Shown one piece after another: positions 9,227 through 16,732 of a DNA stretch of 20,000 nucleotides. Under the pieces are notes generated by a model. The model was not told the DNA's origin. It made no database searches and worked only from the letters and a program-made list of their open reading frames with translations. Made by a program: the position numbers and the translations under genes. Numbering within the stretch: position 1 is the first letter of the stretch; the number at the start of each line of letters is the position of its first letter. Origin of the DNA: Pseudobdellovibrionaceae bacterium (GTDB lineage: Bacteria; Bdellovibrionota; Bdellovibrionia; Bdellovibrionales; UBA1609); the NCBI GenBank assembly GCA_030591685.1, contig JAUVAX010000001.1, positions 143,140-163,139 of the forward strand, read 5' to 3'.

Positions 9227-9256
9227 TTCTCTAGTCCTCACTTAAGGTATTTACTA

Positions 9257-9292
9257 ATACTAAATTTCAAAACTAACTTGTAAAACTGTCAA
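9257..9292 (-). promoter_or_regulatory. Putative sigma-70 promoter(s) of the URC operon
   Basis: On the minus strand TTGACA (9292-9287)-N17-TGAAAT, overlapping TTTACA-N16-TAGTAT, just upstream of the mmsA start. Confidence 0.5.
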
Positions 9293-9684
9293 GAGTACAG
9301 TTGAATTGCTACACCGCTCATCAGCAGACAGCTGAATAAATCACTCGCATTTTTCCTTTTAGCAACCTCAAGGACCAACAACTTATTTAAAACACATAAT
9401 TAGCTAGTTTTTTAAGCACGGATCTGTCTCAATATAAGTCAGCTCACAAAAAAAATAGCATAATTAAGTTAGGGTTCGACACTTAAACTCATGGGCCTAG
9501 GGCTTGTTATACCACACTAAGGTCGCTTGGGCTTTCGTTTAAAGCTCACAGTCGTTCCCTGCTAATAAGGGCCCTTACTTAACAACTGCAAGAAAGATCA
9601 TCAAAAAACATTAAACCCAGTCGCTTATTTTAAATAATTTATTATAAATAATTGCCCTCACTCTGCTGATTGTAGAAACTTAAC

Positions 9685-9711
9685 TAAATAACCCCTCTAA
9701 GGTACCGATAA
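9685..9711 (+). promoter_or_regulatory. Putative sigma-28 (FliA) promoter
   Basis: TAAA (9685-9688)-N15-ACCGATAA (9704-9711) versus consensus TAAA-N15-GCCGATAA, directly upstream of a chemotaxis (CheX) gene. Confidence 0.7.
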
Positions 9712-9741
9712 AGAACTACAGCGAATTCTATGGAGAATAAG

Positions 9742-10620
9742 ATGAACACCATTTTGCTACCTCAAGATAACCATAAAGATTTTGAGCATGTAAAAAATGC
9801 CATTGAAAGGCAAAATATAATCACCACCTCTGGTGATGAAAAGGATACGTTTTCAAAAGCGGATCATCAAAAATACGATGCCATTTCTATCTTTTTTGAT
9901 GACGAGGTGAAGAAGGTCTTTAAGTTGGTAGATACCATTCGAAAGAGTCGCTTCAATTACACAACCCCCATTCTTTTATTTACAGATAATTTTGATGAAG
10001 CGGCTCAGGTTTTCACCGCTATTAAAAACTTTCATCTCATTGACTGTGATGGAAGCGCTGAACATCTGATTCAGAAAATAAACACGGCTCTTAAAGGCCC
10101 TCATTCCGAAAGAAAAAAAATAAGTCTCGACGCTTCTATAATAAATATTTTTGCAAAAGCCACGATAAACACTTTGGATGTCATGGGAAACCTTAGAAAC
10201 ATAGAACATCAAAAACCTTTTTTATATGAAGGTGACCTCCCCTTTGGGATAGATGTTTCAGGGTTTGCCGCTATAAATTCGGATCACTTTAAAGGATTTT
10301 TATCCTTAAACCTGCCCGAGCAAACCTTACTCAAACTCGCAGAGACCATGTTGAATACAGAGTATGATGAAATCAATGATGAAATCAACGATATGGCCAG
10401 TGAACTTAACAATGTCATTTATGGACAGGCTAAAAAACAGTTTTCACAACTAGGGTTTAACTTACCCCGACTGATCCCCATTATTGTAAAGGGCGAAGAG
10501 ACCATTGTGAGGTCTCTATCTAGTGGACCCTCAATAGTTATACCCTTCACCTCAAGCGCTGGTCCGTTTTTAGTTTCGGTATCCTTAGGCCAACTAGAAA
10601 GGCCCCCTAAAGTAGGCTGA
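9742..10620 (+). CDS. cheX: Degenerate receiver domain fused to a CheX-family chemotaxis phosphatase
   Basis: C-terminal CheX signature (DVSGFAAINS..FKGFLSLNL, ASELNNVIYGQAK with ExxN, VIPFTSSAGPF). N-terminal REC-like pattern (KYDAI, TPILLFT). ATG 9742 has a GGAG RBS; 9730 is the alternative start. Confidence 0.8.
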   Translation: MNTILLPQDNHKDFEHVKNAIERQNIITTSGDEKDTFSKADHQKYDAISIFFDDEVKKVFKLVDTIRKSRFNYTTPILLFTDNFDEAAQVFTAIKNFHLIDCDGSAEHLIQKINTALKGPHSERKKISLDASIINIFAKATINTLDVMGNLRNIEHQKPFLYEGDLPFGIDVSGFAAINSDHFKGFLSLNLPEQTLLKLAETMLNTEYDEINDEINDMASELNNVIYGQAKKQFSQLGFNLPRLIPIIVKGEETIVRSLSSGPSIVIPFTSSAGPFLVSVSLGQLERPPKVG

Positions 10621-10626
10621 TCTTAT

Positions 10627-11175
10627 TTATAAGCTACACCAATCACCTGGCAACACAATTTGTTTTACACTTTTAGCCCGTACACCCAAAGAGTGCGTAC
10701 CTAATTTGAGCACAAATCTTTGATTTCTAACAGAGCCAGGGGTAACTAAGCGCACCTGTCCGTAGCCTTCATCATCTATTGGTATTGAGCCACTTCTTGG
10801 CCCTAATATCCATTTTATCGAACTCGTAGAAAGAGGGGACAACTCGTCGCGAGAAACTAACTCCACAGTCCCTGTACTATTACGGCACAAGAGACGAAAG
10901 TGAATCACTGTAAACCTCTTTCCGCGACATTTACTTGATAAATCTTGCCCAATTTTACACGTATCAAACCACCTGTTTTGAAATCCAAGCTCGTCAGCCT
11001 CTCGATTCATCCTTAGGGTGGTCTGAAGTTGATCTAAGTTAATGGAGGGGCGCTTGGGGGGCATTTTAACTTGGCCCCTGGACTCACCATAGTCACCTGA
11101 TTGAGGTTTTTTAGGGGCTTGCACGCAAGCTGTGACAGCGAACATAATAAATAAAATGTATATTGAATATCTCAT
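10627..11175 (-). CDS. Hypothetical lipoprotein
   Basis: From ATG 11175: MRYSIYILFIMFAVTA-C lipobox, Pro/Lys-rich linker and four further Cys. Convergent with the CheX gene (6-nt gap). Confidence 0.75.
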   Translation of the reverse strand: MRYSIYILFIMFAVTACVQAPKKPQSGDYGESRGQVKMPPKRPSINLDQLQTTLRMNREADELGFQNRWFDTCKIGQDLSSKCRGKRFTVIHFRLLCRNSTGTVELVSRDELSPLSTSSIKWILGPRSGSIPIDDEGYGQVRLVTPGSVRNQRFVLKLGTHSLGVRAKSVKQIVLPGDWCSL

Positions 11176-11181
11176 TCTTCG

Positions 11182-11211
11182 ATTGTAAACAGTCCCTCTC
11201 ACCCTTGGCAA
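11182..11211 (-). promoter_or_regulatory. Putative sigma-70 promoter giving a leaderless mRNA
   Basis: TTGCCA (11211-11206)-N18-TACAAT (11187-11182), then 6 nt to ATG 11175. No SD between them. Confidence 0.5.
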
Positions 11212-11271
11212 AGAAAACTCTACTGTTGACCGCCCAACTGGACTGGTCTCTTTTTTTACTCATTACAGAGA

Positions 11272-11344
11272 TAACTAAAGTCATTCATAAATTAACTATG
11301 ACTAAAAACTTAGGCTCAAACCAAAGTCAGTCTGACCAAAGTCA
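11272..11344. repeat. Three copies of a (T/A)(G/A)AC(T/C)AAAGTCA motif, putative operator array
   Basis: TAACTAAAGTCA 11272-11283, AAACCAAAGTCA 11318-11329 and TGACCAAAGTCA 11333-11344 (TGAC-N4-GTCA dyad), lying between divergent genes. Confidence 0.55.
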
Positions 11345-11395
11345 GGCCTGCCGGATTTAATTATTTTTACGTCATAATTTTCCGATAGGTATTCA

Positions 11396-13048
11396 ATGAA
11401 ATCAGTATTATACACCTTTATATTTTTCAGTGTCTTGGCCACTTATACCGCCGTCGCTGAAAGCGTTGAAAGAAACGTCAAACAGGGAACAAACCTCATT
11501 GTACTTGATGGGTCCAAGGTTTGGGCTCGCTCTAAAAGGGACTTTCGAGAGTCCCCTGACAAAAACTCTATTTTGATTAATGACAACACTGAGTTAGAAA
11601 TTTATTATGAACGTAAGCTTAATAGTGGAGCCAAGCACCTATATGTTCGCATTTTATCTGGTCCGCATAAGGGGAAAATGCGTTGGGTTTACTTTCCAAA
11701 AGCTAATAAAAATTATCACCTTAAAATCAGTCAGCAATTAATACCAGAACAAGATGTAAAAAAGGCGGACACTCTCTCTGAGGCCACACATGTCACAGTG
11801 ACAAAGCCAACCTCTGACCCAAAAGCAGAGCTGCCCCTCATGAAAGCCACTCGTGAAAATGAATTTATAGGTAAAACGGCCTTCTCAGACTTTAACGTCA
11901 CAACAAACACTACAGCACTCCCAAAAGATACCACAGATGCTCAAGTTAATAATGCTCTTCAAAGAACAAGTAAACTCCTCTCCACAGGAGTAAAGGGCTC
12001 TTTAAATAGCAGCCTTCAGCATTTACACGGCCGTGACTGCCAAGACAAAGGTAGTTTAGAGCACAATGACTGCAAAATTGGAGTGAATGACTACCTTGAT
12101 GGGCGCCTTGAGCACGTGAGCCCCTCTCCTCCAGTAAACCTTACTAACCCTAAAAGCCAGCTCCCCCTTGAATGTATCAAGGCCGGCATGACGGGGTTTG
12201 ATACTCTGAATAATAGCAACTATGCCGTATGCAATGACAGTACAAGTAAGCCTAGTTTTTATATCACTGACCCCAAAAACCCTGGGCATCCTCGAGAAAC
12301 CGAAAAACCATGTGCCTCTAATAAATTAGCCTTTAAAGTTCACACTTCATTCACCCATATTGCCGACTGCTACGGGATAGACGCAAAAACAATGGTCCCC
12401 TTAATGATGGCTGAAAGTGGGTTTCATGTAAATGCTGTCAGCCCCTCAAACTGTGCTGGGCCCTTTCAGCTCTGTGGTGGGAAGGCTACAATTAAAGACG
12501 TCAATCAGCGTTTTTATACAAAAATGATGAGCCGATTTAAAGACTCTAAGAAGGCCTCGTGCCACTGGATCGCTAAATCTGTAGAGACACCCATGAACCA
12601 TAGAAGCTCAAAATCCTGTGAGCGAATTGGGCAAAAAGTAAATGGGAAATGGGTCTACGACCCCACTCGTAATTTAGTTTACGGGACCGAATCCTTTAAA
12701 CAAAACCTAATGACTACAAAAACTCGATTAGGGCTCACTAAAAGGTTTAGGGGTTTACCACCTGAAGAGCAATCAAAAATTTCAAATACCATTGCCCTCT
12801 GGGCAAACAACACAGGGCCCGGTATTATTAGTTTTGCTCAGAAAATATTTATGAGACATAAATACACCTCCTACAGTAATTTTATTTCAACGCTTAAAAG
12901 ACGTTTAAAAACATCCTTTCCTGGAGATAGCAAGCGAAAGCTTGAAGTCTCAAACTTTATCAACCTTATGAGCAGTGGGGTGAAATCACTTAATAAAAAT
13001 TTACCTGACCACGTGAACCCTAAAGACTGTGGATGGAGTGTCAAGTGA
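11396..13048 (+). CDS. Secreted Cys-rich lytic transglycosylase (SLT domain) with an N-terminal SH3-like domain
   Basis: Signal peptide MKSVLYTFIFFSVLATYTAVA; SLT motif I MMAESGFHVNAVS (catalytic Glu), motif II AGPFQL, motif III-like ALWANNTGPG; SH3b-like segment ending GPHKGKMRWVY; 11 Cys. Confidence 0.75.
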   Translation: MKSVLYTFIFFSVLATYTAVAESVERNVKQGTNLIVLDGSKVWARSKRDFRESPDKNSILINDNTELEIYYERKLNSGAKHLYVRILSGPHKGKMRWVYFPKANKNYHLKISQQLIPEQDVKKADTLSEATHVTVTKPTSDPKAELPLMKATRENEFIGKTAFSDFNVTTNTTALPKDTTDAQVNNALQRTSKLLSTGVKGSLNSSLQHLHGRDCQDKGSLEHNDCKIGVNDYLDGRLEHVSPSPPVNLTNPKSQLPLECIKAGMTGFDTLNNSNYAVCNDSTSKPSFYITDPKNPGHPRETEKPCASNKLAFKVHTSFTHIADCYGIDAKTMVPLMMAESGFHVNAVSPSNCAGPFQLCGGKATIKDVNQRFYTKMMSRFKDSKKASCHWIAKSVETPMNHRSSKSCERIGQKVNGKWVYDPTRNLVYGTESFKQNLMTTKTRLGLTKRFRGLPPEEQSKISNTIALWANNTGPGIISFAQKIFMRHKYTSYSNFISTLKRRLKTSFPGDSKRKLEVSNFINLMSSGVKSLNKNLPDHVNPKDCGWSVK

Positions 13049-13428
13049 GGTATATATTTTTTATAACGGTCTTTTTATTTTCGTTTTACAGTCATTCAGA
13101 AGCCTATGTTCAAAGTTTTTGGAACCACTCGTTAAGTCAGTTCCAGAGCAGCACTAATAATGACATTCTTTTAAAAAATATTAATCATTTTGAAAAGAAG
13201 CTCAATCAAATAAAGCTCACAGAACATAAAGATCAAGAGCTCATAATGCTCCTTCACTTAAAAGCTATTTTTGAAGAGTTAAATTTATCAAAATTTAAAC
13301 CTCAAAGCTGCTCCGCCTACGAATCTTTTTTAGATATATATTTTGACCCAATACGCGGTCAAAGCAGCAAGGTCAGCCCTCTGATTCGGCAAATTAAAAC
13401 TTTAATCATTAAGCCTCTTTGTACGTAG
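13045..13428 (+). CDS. Small secreted hypothetical protein
   Basis: GTG 13045 overlaps the upstream stop (GTGA) and has a GGAG RBS. This gives signal peptide MRYIFFITVFLFSFYSHS and a helical-looking mature part with 2 Cys. The ORF track start at 13033 is less likely. Confidence 0.7.
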   Translation: MRYIFFITVFLFSFYSHSEAYVQSFWNHSLSQFQSSTNNDILLKNINHFEKKLNQIKLTEHKDQELIMLLHLKAIFEELNLSKFKPQSCSAYESFLDIYFDPIRGQSSKVSPLIRQIKTLIIKPLCT

Positions 13429-13527
13429 TTGTCTTTTTTTAACTTCGCCCTATACACCCCTACTATTGAGGTCAATAAAGGCCACGCCCAGCTCTTTAAA
13501 CTGTAACTTGTCCCTGAGGGTACAGTC

Positions 13528-13557
13528 GCTCATTTGCGCGCCAAACGAGCTTATTTT
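13528..13557 (+). terminator. Candidate intrinsic terminator after the SLT/partner pair
   Basis: GCTCATTTG-CGCGC-CAAACGAGC hairpin (one mismatch) followed by TTATTTT. Confidence 0.4.
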
Positions 13558-13655
13558 ACTAACATATACGCGCTGTAATATACCTTTTTTATGAGTTAAT
13601 TCAGTATTTTAAATAGCCCCTCTTGTTGAGCATAGTTATTGCAATTAAGTATATT

Positions 13656-13961
13656 ATGTTTATTAAAAGCCTCATTTTAATGATTTTTTTGACCAGTCAA
13701 TTGACATTTGCTGCCAATTTACGCGAACAGGACAAGCAAAAACACCTGGCTGTGAGTGCTGGCATTGCAACCATATCTTATAGTGCTTTTAGGGCGGCCG
13801 ATTTTAACAAAACTTCTTCAGCCATATTGTCGTTTATACTCGCTATGGGTGCTGGGCATATAAAAGAGCACTCAGACCCCTTTTATGACGAGCAAGATAT
13901 GCAGGCCAATGCAGCAGGGGCCAGTTTAGGGTTAATACTCCCTTTGAGCTTTCAGTTTTAG
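13656..13961 (+). CDS. YfiM/DUF2279-like small membrane protein
   Basis: Signal-like N-terminus from ATG 13656; DKQKH, KEHSD and DMQANAAG motifs with hydrophobic helices. Confidence 0.6.
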   Translation: MFIKSLILMIFLTSQLTFAANLREQDKQKHLAVSAGIATISYSAFRAADFNKTSSAILSFILAMGAGHIKEHSDPFYDEQDMQANAAGASLGLILPLSFQF

Positions 13962-14085
13962 ATTTTTTCTCTAAGCCCCCGAGCCACTTATATCAACTGA
14001 GGCTCAAGGTGATTATAATTAACAAAAAAACTCTTTAATAAAAAATATATCAACCCCTTTTAACTCATTAGATCAGCTCATGATG

Positions 14086-14115
14086 TTGACAGGAAGTGGT
14101 TTTGTTAAATATAAG
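14086..14115 (+). promoter_or_regulatory. Putative sigma-70 promoter of ppiC
   Basis: TTGACA (14086-14091)-N18-TATAAG (14110-14115). Confidence 0.45.
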
Positions 14116-14126
14116 TAAGCCTCTGT

Positions 14127-14181
14127 TTAATGGTACCAAATTAATGGTACTAATTAACGGTACCAACTTAATGGCACTAAC
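14127..14181 (+). repeat. Four tandem 13-14 bp repeats TTAAYGGYACYAA(N) in the ppiC leader
   Basis: TTAATGGTACCAAA / TTAATGGTACTAA / TTAACGGTACCAAC / TTAATGGCACTAAC, ending just before the GGAGG SD. Confidence 0.85.
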
Positions 14182-14194
14182 CCTTGGAGGCCCT

Positions 14195-14467
14195 ATGAGC
14201 AGCATCAGTGCAAAGCACATACTTATTAAAGAAGATCACGAAGCCCAGGATATAATAAAAAAACTAGATGAGGGCTCCTCTTTTGAGGATATGGCTGAAA
14301 AATTCTCGCTCTGCCCCTCAGGCAAAGAGGGTGGTGATTTAGGGGACTTCGGGCGCGGCCGCATGGTGCCAGCTTTTGAAGAGGCGGCTTTTGCCCTTGA
14401 ACTGGATGAAGTTTCAAAACCTGTTCGCACCCAGTTTGGGTATCACCTTATTAAAAGATATAAATAA
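14195..14467 (+). CDS. ppiC: Parvulin-type peptidyl-prolyl cis-trans isomerase
   Basis: 90 aa from ATG 14195 (GGAGG RBS): [50 protein letters not shown]. Confidence 0.93.
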   Translation: MSSISAKHILIKEDHEAQDIIKKLDEGSSFEDMAEKFSLCPSGKEGGDLGDFGRGRMVPAFEEAAFALELDEVSKPVRTQFGYHLIKRYK

Positions 14468-14492
14468 GTTTTTTGTACTCTTACCTAATGAC

Positions 14493-14527
14493 AATGGGCT
14501 TAATTAAAAACTTAAGCCCATTTTTTT
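14493..14527 (+). terminator. Rho-independent terminator of ppiC
   Basis: AATGGGCTTAA-N8-TTAAGCCCATT perfect stem running into a T tract, 25 nt after the stop. Confidence 0.85.
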
Positions 14528-14773
14528 ATGGATTTTACTCCCCCCCCCTCATTTTTTAAATATCGCAAGGGGCCCTCGTGGGGCTCTTATGTCCCACAAA
14601 CAAACCCCCTAATAAGTTAAGCTAACACCGCCTCCTAAGGACAGGTCCTTTTAATCAAAAATAGCCTTATTCTGATTTTAAGGTTCTAATATCGTGCATT
14701 ATTTAATTAAACTTACTGCCAGGAGGCTTAAGTTTTTTATACTCTAATTATGATTTATTTTTAGGAGGGTTTA

Positions 14774-16672
14774 ATGATTCGTATTAACAACCAAGATGAG
14801 TATCAGCATTATTACACGCAGGCCCTTAATGAACCCAATGAATTTTGGTCTGAAGTGGCCTCGAGCTTTACATGGAGAAAGCCCTGGACGTCGGTTTCAA
14901 CAGGTGATTTTGAAAATTTAGATATTAAATGGTTTAATGGTGCCGAGCTTAACATTACAGAAAACTGCCTAGACCGACACTTAAAAACTCAACCCCATAA
15001 AACAGCTATTATTTTTGAACCCAATAACCCGGACTCTGCCACAAGGACCTTTACTTATAAAGAGCTCCACACTGAAGTGTGCCGAGCGGCAAACATGCTC
15101 AAACAACAAAATGTGAAAAAGGGGGATGTGGTGTGTTTTTACATGTCTATGATCCCTGAATTACTTATAGGTGTTCTGGCCTGTGCACGCATTGGAGCTG
15201 TGCACTCGGTTGTTTTTGGTGGGTTTTCGTCTAAAGCCCTCTCTGATAGAATTAATGATTGTAAAGCTAAAGTACTCATCACAAACGACAGTGGATTTAG
15301 AGGGACTAAAGAGGTTTTGTTAAAAAATATCTGTGACAAGGCTCTTGAAACAAGCCCCAGTATATCAACTGTTATTATAAAAAAGCACTCTGGCTCTCCG
15401 GTGAATTTAAAAAGTAATCGAGATTTTTGGTGGGACGAGCTCACAAACAAAATCACAAGCAGTGACTGCTTGCCTGAGGTGATGCAGGCTGAAGACCCTC
15501 TTTTTATTTTATACACCTCTGGCTCCACCGGAAAGCCTAAAGGATTGTTGCATACAACTGCCGGCTACATGGTTTTTGCCCAGTATAGTTTTGAAAATGT
15601 CTTTCAAATGAAAAGCGATAACGATATATTTTGGTGCACAGCTGACATTGGGTGGATTACTGGACACAGCTATATAACCTACGGCCCCCTTTTAGCTGGC
15701 GTGACTCAAGTAATGTTTGAGGGCGTGCCCAACTGGCCTGATGCCGGTCGTTTTTGGCAAACCATCGATAAACATAAAGTCACACACTTTTATACGGCCC
15801 CCACGGCCATTCGAGCTCTTGAGGCCTGTGATATTAACCTTGTTAAAAAGCAAAACCTTTCGAGCTTAAAGGTCTTAGGCTCTGTTGGAGAACCTATAAA
15901 TGTAGAGGCCTGGGATTGGTATAATAAAAATGTCGGGCATAAAAATTGCCCCATCGTAGACACTTGGTGGCAAACTGAAACCGGGGGCATTATGATATCC
16001 CCCCTTGCTGGTATCACTAACACGATCCCGTGCTTTGCCATGAGCCCATTACCTGGAGTTCAATTAAAGCTTATGGACGCCCAAGGCCAAGTGGTTGAAG
16101 AAAACGGCGTTGAGGGTAACCTTGTGATCACAGCCCCCTGGCCGAGTATAGCCCGAACCATCTACGGAGACCATAACAGGTACAAAGACGTTTATTTTTC
16201 AGACTACAAGGGTACTTATTTTACCGGGGACGGAGCCAAAAGGGATGACAACGGCTTTTACCGCATCATTGGACGAGTGGATGATGTTATGAATGTCTCT
16301 GGCCACCGCATAGGCACGGCTGAGGTTGAAGATGCCCTCAACCAACACCCTCAAGTGGTTGAAAGTGCCGTTGTTGGATACCCTCATAATATTAAAGGCC
16401 AAGGTATATATGCTTATATTATTTGTCTTAATAAATGCGAAGGAGAGGCCTTAAAAACTGAACTTTTAGACACAGTCACTCAACAAATTGGTGCTTTTGC
16501 AAAGCCAGATAAAATACAAGTGGTGTCCGGTTTACCTAAAACACGTTCGGGTAAAATTATGCGTCGAATACTTAGAAAGGTGGCCAACAATGATACTTCA
16601 GATTTAGGAGATACCTCTACCCTACTTAACCCCGAAATTGTTGAAGAGGTCATGAAGCGCAACACTTTGTAG
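14774..16672 (+). CDS. acs: Acetyl-CoA synthetase (AMP-forming)
   Basis: YTSGSTGKPKG, WCTADIGWITGHSY, VDTWWQTETGG, GRVDDVMNVSGHRIGTAEVE, PKTRSGKIMRR (acetylatable Lys). AGGAGG RBS. Confidence 0.96.
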   Translation: MIRINNQDEYQHYYTQALNEPNEFWSEVASSFTWRKPWTSVSTGDFENLDIKWFNGAELNITENCLDRHLKTQPHKTAIIFEPNNPDSATRTFTYKELHTEVCRAANMLKQQNVKKGDVVCFYMSMIPELLIGVLACARIGAVHSVVFGGFSSKALSDRINDCKAKVLITNDSGFRGTKEVLLKNICDKALETSPSISTVIIKKHSGSPVNLKSNRDFWWDELTNKITSSDCLPEVMQAEDPLFILYTSGSTGKPKGLLHTTAGYMVFAQYSFENVFQMKSDNDIFWCTADIGWITGHSYITYGPLLAGVTQVMFEGVPNWPDAGRFWQTIDKHKVTHFYTAPTAIRALEACDINLVKKQNLSSLKVLGSVGEPINVEAWDWYNKNVGHKNCPIVDTWWQTETGGIMISPLAGITNTIPCFAMSPLPGVQLKLMDAQGQVVEENGVEGNLVITAPWPSIARTIYGDHNRYKDVYFSDYKGTYFTGDGAKRDDNGFYRIIGRVDDVMNVSGHRIGTAEVEDALNQHPQVVESAVVGYPHNIKGQGIYAYIICLNKCEGEALKTELLDTVTQQIGAFAKPDKIQVVSGLPKTRSGKIMRRILRKVANNDTSDLGDTSTLLNPEIVEEVMKRNTL

Positions 16673-16689
16673 TAAAGGATTTAGGGTGC

Positions 16690-16718
16690 TGATGGCTCGT
16701 TATTAGCCCGAGCCATCA
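16690..16718. terminator. Hairpin between convergent acs and DEAD-box genes (possible bidirectional terminator)
   Basis: TGATGGCTCG-N9-CGAGCCATCA 10-bp perfect stem; no clear U tract on either side. Confidence 0.55.
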
Positions 16719-16732
16719 AATGCTTAGGGCCT

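Noticed and set aside
9278..9292. RutR-like operator (TTGACAGTTTTACAA) at the URC promoter
   Set aside because: Only a weak dyad, with length and inner bases differing from TTGACCAnnTGGTCAA; explained equally well by the -35 box.
9530..9552. Hammerhead-like CTGTGA...GAAA on the minus strand
   Set aside because: The core lacks the invariant CUGANGA and the flanking stems do not form.
14096..14194. N-terminal extension of ppiC, or the repeats as a mini-CRISPR
   Set aside because: A GGAGG SD precedes ATG 14195, giving a normal 90-aa parvulin. The repeats are contiguous, have no spacers and no cas genes are present.
14630..14768. Anti-SD switch in the acs leader (GCCTCCTAA pairing with AGGAGGC 14721-27 or the SD TTAGGAGG 14761-68; GCC-AGGA-GGC CsrA-like loop)
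   Set aside because: A promoter-like CTGCCA-N16-TATACT (14716-14743) suggests transcription starts downstream of these elements. Cannot be supported without TSS data.
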